This document shows, piece after piece, positions 45,694-55,774 of a DNA stretch of 64,000 nt. Position 1 is the stretch's first letter. Every line of letters begins with the position of its first letter. Origin of the DNA: a virus; IMG/VR virus record IMGVR_UViG_3300008259_004660, positions 64,001 through 128,000 of that record. One strand, written 5' to 3'. The position numbers and the translations under genes were made by a program. The notes under the pieces are model-generated. The model did not search any database and had not been told where the DNA came from. It saw nothing but the letters and a program-made list of their open reading frames with translations.

Positions 45694-46803
45694 ATGTACG
45701 ACTATCTAATAGTAGGAGCAGGATTTTTTGGAAGCATATGCGCTTATGAACTAAACAAGATTGGAAAGAAAGTCTTGGTGATTGATGTGCGCAATCATAT
45801 TGGTGGAAATTGCTATAGCGAAAATAGGGATAATATCAACCTACATGTTTATGGTCCACATATATTTCATACTTCAGACGAAGAGGTTTGGAAGTGGATC
45901 AATCAGTTTACATCGTTTAATAACTTCATATACACCCCCGTGGCTAATTATGATGGAGAGTTGTATTCTTTACCATTTAACATGTGGACGTTTTATCAGC
46001 TATGGGGAGTGCAAAGTGAAGAAGAAGTAAAAGCAATAATAGCCAAACAATCGGCCCATATTGGTGAGCCAAAAAATCTTGAAGAACAAGCAATCAAGTT
46101 GGTTGGTAGAGATGTGTATGAAACATTGATCAAAGGGTACACGGAAAAACAGTGGCGCAAAAAGGCGACAGAGTTGCCAAAAGAGATTATCAAGAGACTG
46201 CCAGTAAGATACACTTTTAACAACAACTATTTCAATGATAAGTATCAAGGTATTCCAATTGGTGGATACACTCAGATATTTGAAAAGCTTTTAAAAGGAA
46301 TAGATGTCAAAACTGGTGTTGATTATTTCAAGGACGAATTGCCGCCTCATGACAGAGTGATATACACAGGTCCGATTGATAAATTCTATGGATACAAATA
46401 TGGACATCTCGAATACAAGACTGTTTCGTTAGATCATATGAGAATGGAAACTCCAAATTATCAGGGAGTCGCCGCTATAAATTACACAAGTGAAAAAGTT
46501 CCATTCACTCGCACCATAGAACATAAACATTTCGAAAATTCACAGAGTGATGTGACTTGGGTAAGTTGGGAAACGCCAATCCAATATGTTCCAGAAAAAA
46601 CAGAGCCATATTATCCTGTAAATGATGCTGCCAATATGGAAATATTGAAAAAGTACAAGGAAGAATCATCAAAGCAAGACAAAGTGATATTCGGTGGTAG
46701 ACTTGGTGAATACAAATATTATGACATGCACCAAGTTATACGCAGTGCGTTGGATTGTGCAAATCATCTCAAATATTTGGAAGTTTGGCATCCAAAAGTG
46801 TGA
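45694..46803 (+). CDS. glf: UDP-galactopyranose mutase
   Basis: IVGAGFFG, HIGGNC, YGPHIFHT, EPYYP, GRLGEYKYYDM. Confidence 0.95.
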   Translation: MYDYLIVGAGFFGSICAYELNKIGKKVLVIDVRNHIGGNCYSENRDNINLHVYGPHIFHTSDEEVWKWINQFTSFNNFIYTPVANYDGELYSLPFNMWTFYQLWGVQSEEEVKAIIAKQSAHIGEPKNLEEQAIKLVGRDVYETLIKGYTEKQWRKKATELPKEIIKRLPVRYTFNNNYFNDKYQGIPIGGYTQIFEKLLKGIDVKTGVDYFKDELPPHDRVIYTGPIDKFYGYKYGHLEYKTVSLDHMRMETPNYQGVAAINYTSEKVPFTRTIEHKHFENSQSDVTWVSWETPIQYVPEKTEPYYPVNDAANMEILKKYKEESSKQDKVIFGGRLGEYKYYDMHQVIRSALDCANHLKYLEVWHPKV

Positions 46804-46888
46804 CATATGGCACATATACTGTGTCACAATATCACAAATTGATTTTTGATTCTTAACACTGTCAGAGGTAAACTCTGGAAAATCTGAT

Positions 46889-46904
46889 TGGCACAATTAT
46901 TGAT
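46889..46904 (+). promoter_or_regulatory. sigma54-like -24/-12 element
   Basis: TGGCAC-AATTA-TTGAT upstream of hsp20. Confidence 0.45.
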
Positions 46905-46959
46905 ATAGTGTATCTGTCGGTGTCCATAATGGAGCCGATATAAACAAAGGATACAAAAC

Positions 46960-47406
46960 ATGAGTACACTAAGTAGATATACACGGGATGAGTTTCTCAC
47001 CCCATTTGATCGTCTATTTGACGATGTCTTCAATAACTTCGGCGTAACACCTTACGCTGGGTCTTATACCAAGAACAGCTATCCAAAAGTAGATGTTGTT
47101 GAGTATGATGACAGGTATGTGCTTGAAGCGGATGTTGCTGGATTGAACAAGGAAGAAGTTTCCGTGGATCTTGAAGGCGATACACTAGTAATCAAAGGAG
47201 GCAAAAGAACAAACCATGAAAATACAAATAAAGGAAAATATCTGTATAAAGAAATTAAGCGTTCTAGTTTCACACGCTCGTTTAGTGTGGGAGAAGGTAT
47301 TGACAAAAATAAAATCAAAGCCGACTTCGCAAACGGAACAATAAAAGTTGATCTTCCTAAACTGAAGATTGAAGAACAAAAGCCAAAAACATTGAGGCTC
47401 CTATAA
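46960..47406 (+). CDS. Hsp20/alpha-crystallin small heat shock protein
   Basis: YPKVDV, DVAGL, SFTRSF, ANGTIKVDLPK. Confidence 0.92.
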   Translation: MSTLSRYTRDEFLTPFDRLFDDVFNNFGVTPYAGSYTKNSYPKVDVVEYDDRYVLEADVAGLNKEEVSVDLEGDTLVIKGGKRTNHENTNKGKYLYKEIKRSSFTRSFSVGEGIDKNKIKADFANGTIKVDLPKLKIEEQKPKTLRLL

Positions 47407-47411
47407 AATAG

Positions 47412-47452
47412 TTGACAATGTTTGGGGCTAGGTTTATTCTTAGCCCCAAACA
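47412..47452 (+). promoter_or_regulatory. sigma70 promoter overlapped by a 12-bp inverted repeat
   Basis: TTGACA-17-TATTCT; TGTTTGGGGCTA/TAGCCCCAAACA. Confidence 0.65.
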
Positions 47453-47464
47453 TATTATAAATTT

Positions 47465-49324
47465 ATGACTAAATCAAATGACATTGTTATTGGTATTGAC
47501 CTTGGCACGACGAATTCGTGCGTGGCTGTATGGCAAGCGGGTGAAGCTACAGTAATTACCAACTCGGAAGGTGCTCGTACTACCCCTTCGGTTGTTGCTT
47601 TTACAAAAAGCGGGGAAAGACTTGTTGGTCAAGCTGCTAAGAGACAGGCGGTGACCAATCCAAAGAATACAATTTTTTCGGCCAAGAGACTTATTGGTCG
47701 CAAGTTCAACGAAGTGCAGGAAGAAATCAAGAATCTTCCATACAAGGTCGTTGAAGGTCCAAATGGAGATGCTTGGATCGAAGTAACAGAGAACGGAGAA
47801 GCTAAGAAATATTCTCCTCAACAGATTGGCGCATTTGTTCTTGGAAAGATCAAAACCGATGCCGAATCATATTTGGGACAATCTGTGAAGAAGGCGGTTA
47901 TCACAGTACCTGCGTATTTTAATGATTCTCAACGTCAAGCTACCAAGGATGCTGGCACTATTGCCGGTTTGGAAGTTCTGCGTATTATCAACGAACCTAC
48001 CGCAGCATCCTTAGCCTATGGTCTAGACAAGAAGAAAGACGAGAAAATTGCCGTCTTTGACCTTGGCGGTGGTACGTTTGACGTTACCGTTCTCGAAATT
48101 GGGGACGGTGTATTTGAAGTTAAAGCCACCAATGGTGATACGCATCTTGGTGGTGATGATTGGGACAGAGCAATCATGGACCACATGGTTGCGGAATTCA
48201 AAAAAGAAAATGGTATTGACTTGTCCAAAGATAATATGGCTTTACAGCGTCTACGCGAAGAAGCCGAAAAAACCAAGATTGCTTTGTCTTCTGCAACATC
48301 ATATGATGTAAATCTCCCGTTTATCACGGCGGATGCATCTGGCCCAAAGCATTTGAATATGACAATTTCTCGTTCAAAAATGGAACAAATCTGCGAGAAG
48401 TTGTTTGAAAGAATGGATGCTCCATATAAGAACTGTTTGAAGGATGCTGGTGTATCAAATAGTGAACTCAATGAGCTTGTGCTTGTTGGTGGCATGACAA
48501 GAATGCCAAAGGTTGTTGATTATGCCAAGAAGTTCGGTGGTAAAGTTCCAAATCAAGGTGTAAATCCAGATGAAGTTGTGGCAGTCGGTGCCGCTGTACA
48601 AGGTGGTGTATTGAAGGGTGAGGTCAACGACGTATTGTTGCTTGACGTTACTCCGCTGACCCTTGCGATTGAAACCGCAGGAAATGTTGCGACGGCAATG
48701 ATTCCTCGTAACACAACAATTCCTGCTAAGAAGTCACAAGTGTTCTCCACATACAGCGACAATCAGCCTTCCGTTGATATTGTTGTATTACAGGGTGAGC
48801 GCCCAATGAGCAAAGACAATAAGCGTCTTGGAAACTTCAAACTGGACGGCATTCCGCCAGCACCAAGAGGCACTCCTCAAATTGAAGTGACGTTTGACAT
48901 TGACGTAAACGGCATTCTTCATGTCTCTGCAAAAGATCTTGGAACGGGCAAAGCTCAAGATATCACCATTCAAGGTTCATCTGGTCTTTCAAAGGAAGAA
49001 GTTGAAAGAATGAAGCAAGAAGCTGAAGCAAATGCTGATAAAGACAAAGAACTCAAGGAAAATCTTGAGACCAAGAATTCTCTTGACAATATTATCTATG
49101 GTTGGGAAAAACAACTAAAGGATGGTAACTTTGAAGATTCTGTCAAAACCGAAATTCAAAAAGGTATTGACAAAGGCAAAGAAGTGTTACAGAGTGGTGA
49201 TGTTGGAAAAATGAAAGATACTATCTCTGAACTTAGCAAACTCGGAGAACTTGTTTATAAGAACAAGTCTAATGGTGGGAAAGGAACTCCAGAAGATCCA
49301 ATCGAACCAGAAGTAGTAAGCTAA
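47465..49324 (+). CDS. dnaK: Hsp70 chaperone DnaK
   Basis: [39 protein letters not shown]. Confidence 0.98.
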   Translation: MTKSNDIVIGIDLGTTNSCVAVWQAGEATVITNSEGARTTPSVVAFTKSGERLVGQAAKRQAVTNPKNTIFSAKRLIGRKFNEVQEEIKNLPYKVVEGPNGDAWIEVTENGEAKKYSPQQIGAFVLGKIKTDAESYLGQSVKKAVITVPAYFNDSQRQATKDAGTIAGLEVLRIINEPTAASLAYGLDKKKDEKIAVFDLGGGTFDVTVLEIGDGVFEVKATNGDTHLGGDDWDRAIMDHMVAEFKKENGIDLSKDNMALQRLREEAEKTKIALSSATSYDVNLPFITADASGPKHLNMTISRSKMEQICEKLFERMDAPYKNCLKDAGVSNSELNELVLVGGMTRMPKVVDYAKKFGGKVPNQGVNPDEVVAVGAAVQGGVLKGEVNDVLLLDVTPLTLAIETAGNVATAMIPRNTTIPAKKSQVFSTYSDNQPSVDIVVLQGERPMSKDNKRLGNFKLDGIPPAPRGTPQIEVTFDIDVNGILHVSAKDLGTGKAQDITIQGSSGLSKEEVERMKQEAEANADKDKELKENLETKNSLDNIIYGWEKQLKDGNFEDSVKTEIQKGIDKGKEVLQSGDVGKMKDTISELSKLGELVYKNKSNGGKGTPEDPIEPEVVS

Positions 49325-49388
49325 AAAGGTTATGGTTGTCAGTTGTCCCATAAACTGACTGGTGGAGGATGGTGAATTCATCATCCCT

Positions 49389-49421
49389 AACAACCCCCAA
49401 GAAATTGGGGGTTGTTTTTTG
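49389..49421 (+). terminator. intrinsic terminator
   Basis: AACAACCCCCA/TGGGGGTTGTT plus T tract. Confidence 0.85.
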
Positions 49422-49442
49422 TATATACGATATTTATAATAC

Positions 49443-50990
49443 ATGACATTTTTCGCATTTCTAGTGCTTTTAAGCGCAATAGCCATTTCTGCTTGTGGTG
49501 CATATTTTAGCATTATTGGTCTTAAAATGTTGTTTATTGGGGGAGGAGTATCAATCATAGTGATGGGAACCGCGCTTGAAATTGGAAAACTTATCACCGC
49601 CACCTTCTTGAAACAAAAATGGAACGAGATTGGATTTCTTCTGAAAACATATCTTGTTATCGCCACAATATTTTTGATGGGTATAACTTCTATAGGAATA
49701 TATGGGTATTTGAGTGCAGGATACACTTCAACAAATATTGCAGTAAAAGGATATGAGCAACAAATAGAATCAAACAATATAAAGATAGTTGATCTTGAGA
49801 AAGAAATAGAAACACTCAAGAAGACAGAATACAATGTGGTGGAAATAGGAGCGGCTGAAGATAATAGGAAAAAAACAATAGAGCAAAAATTACAACTGAT
49901 TGCTCAAAGAAATCAACGTATAGAAGCTATAAGAAAATCATCAAACACAAATCAAGACGCATCTGGTGATATTTTAGCAGCCAAGCAAGCATTGGAATTA
50001 TCAAAGTCTTCAACAGATAACGATATCTCAAGAGAACTTGAGCAAATAAAGCTGTATAATTCAAGATTAGAAATTTTAGATAAGGAAGTACAGAAATGGA
50101 TAGATCAAGGAACAGGAAATTTATTCAGAAAAAGCGGGTTGGACCAAGCAAGAATTGTAAAGGAAGGACAGGAAAAGGAACGCTCCGATATAGATGCACA
50201 AATTAAATCTTCACAGGACAGAATATCAAAATTAAGAGATCAATATTCATCCCAAGTAAAAGAATACAACAGTCGTGTAGCTGAAATAGAAGGTAGAAGT
50301 AAATCACAAAGAGGAGAAATAGAATCCAATGTAAAAAATCTTGAAAAAGAAATAACGGAAATAGAAGCATCTATAGTATCATACAATAAGGAAGTGGATG
50401 AAAAGATTTCATTGCTTAACAAGAACAAAGAAGAATCCGCCGAAAAAGGAAAAAATAAAATTTCAGAATATCAAGAAAACATAAAAGTTCTTAGAGTTCA
50501 AAACACCGAGATACAGGAAAAAATTATTGGGACTGACGTTGGTACATTTAAATTCATCGCAAATAGTCTTGGAATACCATTGGAAAAGGCTGTAAATTAT
50601 TTCATATGGTCTATTATGGCCGTGTTTGATCCATTGGCTATATGTTTAATCCTAGCATTTAATTCGTTGATGATAGATAGTAAAAACAAAAAATCAAAAA
50701 ATAATGATAAAGAACTTAACGTAGTTGAAATTTTACCTACGTTGGAACACACGCCCACACCAACTCCTACACCAACTCCTACACCAACTCCAACGCCAAC
50801 TCCAACGCCAACTTATATACCTTCTCCAACGCCGACATATGTTCCATCTAACACTCCAACACCAACGCCAACCGAAATACCAATTCAAGTCGAGTCTACA
50901 AATGAAGATATAAATGTTGCCGCGCCACTTCCCCCACCAATTGCTATACCTCACGCAATATCAAATGGAAAATTGCATCCAAGACAATAA
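49443..50990 (+). CDS. membrane protein with long coiled coil and C-terminal PT tract
   Basis: Three N-terminal TMs, about 300-aa coiled coil, VFDPLAI TM, (PT)n. Confidence 0.75.
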   Translation: MTFFAFLVLLSAIAISACGAYFSIIGLKMLFIGGGVSIIVMGTALEIGKLITATFLKQKWNEIGFLLKTYLVIATIFLMGITSIGIYGYLSAGYTSTNIAVKGYEQQIESNNIKIVDLEKEIETLKKTEYNVVEIGAAEDNRKKTIEQKLQLIAQRNQRIEAIRKSSNTNQDASGDILAAKQALELSKSSTDNDISRELEQIKLYNSRLEILDKEVQKWIDQGTGNLFRKSGLDQARIVKEGQEKERSDIDAQIKSSQDRISKLRDQYSSQVKEYNSRVAEIEGRSKSQRGEIESNVKNLEKEITEIEASIVSYNKEVDEKISLLNKNKEESAEKGKNKISEYQENIKVLRVQNTEIQEKIIGTDVGTFKFIANSLGIPLEKAVNYFIWSIMAVFDPLAICLILAFNSLMIDSKNKKSKNNDKELNVVEILPTLEHTPTPTPTPTPTPTPTPTPTPTYIPSPTPTYVPSNTPTPTPTEIPIQVESTNEDINVAAPLPPPIAIPHAISNGKLHPRQ

Positions 50991-51053
50991 ATTATTTATT
51001 ATACATTGACAAAAATAAATTTATGCATATATATGTAAGCCTCAATCATATAT

Positions 51054-51668
51054 ATGAGTTACAAAATTGTCAAAAACAAGGATTATCTACACAAGAAGAC
51101 TGAACCAGTAGCGTCGATTGAAGAAGGCGAAGCAATTGCGAAGCAACTAATAGAAGCACTGGACCAGCTATCAAACGGACTTGGTTTATCCGCCAATCAA
51201 ATTGGAATATCAAAGTCGGTTTCTGTCATAAGAGTTAAGAAGGACAAAGATCCATTGATTCTTATGAATCCAACAATAACGGAATATAGTAAAGAAAAGC
51301 TTGTATTCACCGAAGGCTGTTTGAGTTTGCCCGGAAAACTTACAAACACGGTTCGTTCAACAAAAGTTACAGTATCAACATTAAATCATGCCAATCCAAT
51401 TCCATTCGGACCAGAGGTCGAGCCAATCACACAAGAATCTGTGAGAAGTGACTATGGGATATTAGAAGCGGTGTGTGTACAGCACGAGATAGATCATCTA
51501 AATGGTGTTCTTATGACCGACGACGGTGTAAGATACAGCCCTCCACCAGAAAAAAAAGTAAAATATGGAAGAAATGACAAGGTGATGGTAGAAAAAAATG
51601 GAGAAACTCAATATATAAAATACAAGAAAGCCGAAGAGCTTTTAGCCGATGGATGGAAAATACTATAA
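51054..51668 (+). CDS. def: peptide deformylase
   Basis: GLGLSANQIG, EGCLS, QHEIDHLNG. Confidence 0.93.
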   Translation: MSYKIVKNKDYLHKKTEPVASIEEGEAIAKQLIEALDQLSNGLGLSANQIGISKSVSVIRVKKDKDPLILMNPTITEYSKEKLVFTEGCLSLPGKLTNTVRSTKVTVSTLNHANPIPFGPEVEPITQESVRSDYGILEAVCVQHEIDHLNGVLMTDDGVRYSPPPEKKVKYGRNDKVMVEKNGETQYIKYKKAEELLADGWKIL

Positions 51669-51676
51669 AACAAAAC

Positions 51677-51841
51677 ATGAATATCAATACTGATAATCTT
51701 GAGGAAATAAAGCAATTACTAGAATATGCTCTTGAATACCGTAGTTGGCCCAGTGTTGAAGATGCACTGGCCATTCTCAATGAAGAATTGGGATACGAAA
51801 ACGAAGAGGATACAGATGAGGAAGAAATAGACGAGGAATAA
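51677..51841 (+). CDS. acidic small protein
   Basis: ATG 51677; acidic tail. Confidence 0.55.
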   Translation: MNINTDNLEEIKQLLEYALEYRSWPSVEDALAILNEELGYENEEDTDEEEIDEE

Positions 51842-51845
51842 AATT

Positions 51846-52100
51846 ATGTGGATACTATGGACGTTGTTGGTTATATTTTTCATCGCCGCTTGTGCGTTCG
51901 GCTATGCGTGTTACAACATGGTTAAGAAAATAGAAACCTATGAAGAATGGTTAGAATTCTTCAGAGGCGAAGTAGACGATGTGTACAACAGAATGAAGGC
52001 TGTGGACGATAGAAATTTATTTGAAAAAGACGACGACGTTGGGTTTGTATTCACAGAACTAGTAAGAATATCAAAAGAGTTCAACGAACGCATCAAATAA
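51846..52100 (+). CDS. single-pass membrane protein
   Basis: N-terminal TM; FEKDDDVGFVF. Confidence 0.65.
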   Translation: MWILWTLLVIFFIAACAFGYACYNMVKKIETYEEWLEFFRGEVDDVYNRMKAVDDRNLFEKDDDVGFVFTELVRISKEFNERIK

Positions 52101-52103
52101 CAT

Positions 52104-52994
52104 ATGAAGAAACGCAAAAAAATTGTTAGATCGACTAAAAAGTCGATCAAAAAGATAAAATTGATCAAAAAGATAAAAAAGATACAGAAGAAAAAAGTTG
52201 TTAAAATACATACACTTCCTACTGAATTTTCTCAAGTACAAGATCCGCTCACAAGACGACGCGGTAGACCAAAAGGAAGAAAAAACAAGAATACACTCGA
52301 CGGTGCTCCCAAAAAAACTTCAAATGTATACTTCACAAAAGACACCGAGGATGCTATTGTGGCGTACAACGAAACTGAAGACCCTAGGGAAAAAGATCGC
52401 ATCTACAATGACAAGATACAAGCTGCTTTTTCAAAGATTGCAGAAAACGTTTATAACACGTTCAAATTCAGTTACGCTGATGTAAGCCCACTTGAAATTC
52501 AAAAGCAGGCTATATCGCATATGGTGGCTAATATAGCCAAGTATGAGAAAGGAAAAGGAAAAGCATTCAGCTATTTTAGTATCGTGGCAAAGCATTGGTT
52601 TATTTTGGATAATAACACCACATATCGTCGTTTTAAAAAGCATGTTGAAATATGTGAGCAAGTGGGCGAGTCTGGTGAGTTTGTTATTGAACCAGAACAT
52701 GAGAAGCAAGAAAGTGAGACTCGTGAATTTATAAAGCTCATGGTTGAATATTGGGATAAAAATGTAGGTAAGCATTTTACCAAAGAACGTGATCTAAAAA
52801 TAGCTAATGCTGTGATTGAGATTTTTAGAAACTCAGATCGAATTGATGTATTCAATAAAAAAGCACTATATTTGTATATACGTGAAATAGCAGATTGCCA
52901 AACTCAACATATTACGAAAGTAATTAATCGCATGGCAAAGCCACAGTCAGATATAAAAAGTGAATATTTGAACCGTGGTACCATTGTTATCTAA
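52104..52994 (+). CDS. gp55-like (late) RNA polymerase sigma factor
   Basis: YFTKDTEDAI and region-2-like KYEKGKGKAFSYFSIVAK; upstream of structural genes. Confidence 0.7.
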   Translation: MKKRKKIVRSTKKSIKKIKLIKKIKKIQKKKVVKIHTLPTEFSQVQDPLTRRRGRPKGRKNKNTLDGAPKKTSNVYFTKDTEDAIVAYNETEDPREKDRIYNDKIQAAFSKIAENVYNTFKFSYADVSPLEIQKQAISHMVANIAKYEKGKGKAFSYFSIVAKHWFILDNNTTYRRFKKHVEICEQVGESGEFVIEPEHEKQESETREFIKLMVEYWDKNVGKHFTKERDLKIANAVIEIFRNSDRIDVFNKKALYLYIREIADCQTQHITKVINRMAKPQSDIKSEYLNRGTIVI

Positions 52995-53023
52995 AACATA
53001 TATATTCAGACTATTTATAGTGT

Positions 53024-53404
53024 ATGGAAACTTCCGAGTATGAATTGTATAAGGGAAAAAGCTTTGCTTCACTGTGCAAAGATATTGTCAGCAATTCTGA
53101 AGAAAAGAAGCAGCAATTAGATGTTTTGATTACAGATCTTCGTGAAATGATTAAAACAGTAAACGATGCTGTTACAATTGTACCACTATTAAAGGAATAT
53201 TTTGACGCTGGTATAAGAAACGACGAACAATTAATTAAACTGGCTGCAATTGTTCAAAGACTCATGGCAGATAGAGCAGGTGCAGAATCAGATTCCAACA
53301 GTGGTATATTGACGGACGACGAAAAGAAACAGTTGATGAGTGTTATAGAAGAGGCGGCAAAGCCTGTTCAAAAAATTAAACAACCAACCGACGAAAGATC
53401 ATAA
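53024..53404 (+). CDS. hypothetical protein
   Basis: NDEQLIKLAAIVQR; precedes baseplate genes. Confidence 0.7.
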   Translation: METSEYELYKGKSFASLCKDIVSNSEEKKQQLDVLITDLREMIKTVNDAVTIVPLLKEYFDAGIRNDEQLIKLAAIVQRLMADRAGAESDSNSGILTDDEKKQLMSVIEEAAKPVQKIKQPTDERS

Positions 53405-54861
53405 TGGCATATGTAAATGCAGAACGTCGCAGTGATCTTAATGTAAAACAAGACGATTTGCTTGCGTCGAAACGTTTTGTGTTGGAAAGAAAACCGGATA
53501 GTTCATTTTTTTACGAGTTGGAAGAAGCTGTAGTATTGGATGTGGTGATGGACGAAAACCATCCATTGGTAAAAAATAATGCAGTTTTGGTTGGGGCCAT
53601 GCCACCTAACATAGATGGTAGTGAAGTACAAGAAGGAACAGAAGATTACGGTAGAATTGGATGCATCAAGTTCAGATTCTTGAATTCGGAAAGAAACAAG
53701 AAAAAAGAACAACTTAATTGGGCATATCCAATAGAATGTACAGGAATAACAGAATGGCCGCTCATGAATGAAACGGTTATTGTTGGTGTATATTTGGGCA
53801 AGTTCTATTACAGTAGGAAATTGAATTTCAATTCCATCATAAATTCAAATGCTTCTTTCATAACAGAGAGAGTTGTTGGAAAAGTTGACGAAAACATAAA
53901 TGAATATACGGAAAAACCATATGAGGGTCCAAGATCACAGTTGAATTATTACGGAGGACCAAATTATACGGGAGTTCTTGGTCAATATTTCAAGTTTAAT
54001 CCTAAAATCAGAGGATTGAAACGATATGAAGGAGACACTATTTTAGAATCAAGATTTGGTTCATCGGTGCGATTTGGCGCATATGATGATAATCGTACAA
54101 ATGACAGCGGGCTGAATGATTATTCTGATGGTGGTGGAAATCCGATGATATTGATCAGAAATAGACAAGCGCCGATAAAAAATCCAGAAGGACAAACCGC
54201 AAGAGGGTACACGCGAGAAGACATAAACAAAGATGGATCTTCAATTCATATTACATCTGGGAAAACAATTTCAAAATTTGCCCCAGAGACAAAAAATGCA
54301 ATAATAAGTGGAAATAAGCCTGTACAGCTTCCTAAATTTGACGGAGATCAAATTGTAATCAACAGTGATAGATTGGTATTTTCTTCTAAGTCAAATGAAA
54401 TGTTTTTCTTTTCCAAGAAAAAAATTGGAATGACAAGTGATGACACTATTTCCATTTCATGCCCAAACACGTTGACTTTGACTTCATTAAAGGTTGCTAC
54501 AATAAATTCTCCACAAATATTTTTGGGAGATCATGCAAAAATATATGAGCCTGCATTACTGGGACGTTCTACAGTGGCTTGGATGTATGCGATGTGCGAT
54601 TGGATGCTTTTGAATGTAAACACGCAAATACAAATATTGACCACATTGATTTCATTTGCCACACCGGGAACGGGCCATAGTCACATCGGAAACATGGGAA
54701 AACCTACTCCAATATTTCCACCATCTGTTGTGGCTCCTCTTGCTCTTTGGGCAGAGCAATTACAATCTTTACAAGCATCTCAAATTAGTTTGTTGGCACT
54801 TCGTTCGCAGTTAAGTGAGCTTATGAGTAGTAGAGTGTTTGTATCAGGAGGATCGGATTAA
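53404..54861 (+). CDS. probable baseplate hub/gp5-like protein
   Basis: EGDTILESRFGSSVRF, GSSIHITS, QIVINSDRL; context. Confidence 0.55.
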   Translation: MAYVNAERRSDLNVKQDDLLASKRFVLERKPDSSFFYELEEAVVLDVVMDENHPLVKNNAVLVGAMPPNIDGSEVQEGTEDYGRIGCIKFRFLNSERNKKKEQLNWAYPIECTGITEWPLMNETVIVGVYLGKFYYSRKLNFNSIINSNASFITERVVGKVDENINEYTEKPYEGPRSQLNYYGGPNYTGVLGQYFKFNPKIRGLKRYEGDTILESRFGSSVRFGAYDDNRTNDSGLNDYSDGGGNPMILIRNRQAPIKNPEGQTARGYTREDINKDGSSIHITSGKTISKFAPETKNAIISGNKPVQLPKFDGDQIVINSDRLVFSSKSNEMFFFSKKKIGMTSDDTISISCPNTLTLTSLKVATINSPQIFLGDHAKIYEPALLGRSTVAWMYAMCDWMLLNVNTQIQILTTLISFATPGTGHSHIGNMGKPTPIFPPSVVAPLALWAEQLQSLQASQISLLALRSQLSELMSSRVFVSGGSD

Positions 54862-54867
54862 TAGCCT

Positions 54868-55734
54868 ATGGAATTTCCAAAATTTACAGCACCAACAATA
54901 TCAATCAGTTCACAAACATCACTGAGTAGTATTGCAAAATCGTCTATACCTTCCATTAGTTCTCCAACAGGGCCGATCAACATAAGTGGTGTATCTAGTC
55001 AATTGTCTTTGTCTTCTATAGCTTCAAATGCCAAGGTACCGACTTCATTATCAGGGGCGGCAAGTTCTTTGGGAGTACCAACGACCGTCGGTGGTATATC
55101 CTCCGCATTGGGAGGACCAACTTCGCTATCGGCGGGATTGAGTTCCGCTGGCATTCCTACTACTTTACCAAATATATCGGCAGCAATACCTAATTTTTCA
55201 GCCACTTTACCGACACTCCCTACATTAAAATTGACACCAATTTCAAATTTTCCGGGACTAGATCAAGCTGGGATTTTACTTGGGGCTGGACCAAAATTTG
55301 CTGCTGAAAAAATTGCTAAACTAAAATCGATTGTTCCTCCATTTGCGCCGGGACTAAAGTTGAATATGGGAATGGTTGCCGGTGCATTATCGGTTATCAA
55401 AGCAATATCTTCGGCAAATCCATCAGAATTATTGAAGCAAATAACTTCAAGTATTGCCGAAGACATAAAAGGTCAAGTTGGAGATGTTGCAAAGAGTGCA
55501 TTAGATAGTACAGGAATTTCTAATATTCAAGGCCAAATACAAGGATTACAGAGTAGCGTAGAATCCACAGTATCTGGTGTTACGGGTGCAGTACAGGAAA
55601 ACATATCCACTGTTACAGGGGCTGCACAGGATGCGGCTGCTTCTGTAACAAACCCTATACAAGAAACCGTATCTAATACAACATCGACGGTTAATGACAA
55701 AATAAGTGCTCTCAGCTTCCCACCATCGGGATAA
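54868..55734 (+). CDS. Ser/Ala-rich hypothetical structural protein
   Basis: Low-complexity 288-aa ORF in the baseplate operon. Confidence 0.6.
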   Translation: MEFPKFTAPTISISSQTSLSSIAKSSIPSISSPTGPINISGVSSQLSLSSIASNAKVPTSLSGAASSLGVPTTVGGISSALGGPTSLSAGLSSAGIPTTLPNISAAIPNFSATLPTLPTLKLTPISNFPGLDQAGILLGAGPKFAAEKIAKLKSIVPPFAPGLKLNMGMVAGALSVIKAISSANPSELLKQITSSIAEDIKGQVGDVAKSALDSTGISNIQGQIQGLQSSVESTVSGVTGAVQENISTVTGAAQDAAASVTNPIQETVSNTTSTVNDKISALSFPPSG

Positions 55735-55774
55735 TTATCAAAAATACATTATATTTATATAAGGAACCATATAT

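Larger units (their letters stand above)
28840..55758 (+). promoter_or_regulatory. Candidate late promoter motif TATTTAT before late genes
   Basis: At 28840, 31091, 36997, 49431, 53012, 55752, each 5-16 nt before a start; also at 16787. Confidence 0.6.

Noticed and set aside
46840-46900. CIRCE element before hsp20
   Set aside because: No TTAGCACTC-N9-GAGTGCTAA dyad
49328-49387. Extra hairpins after dnaK as a riboswitch or sRNA
   Set aside because: Adequately explained as 3' UTR structure next to the terminator
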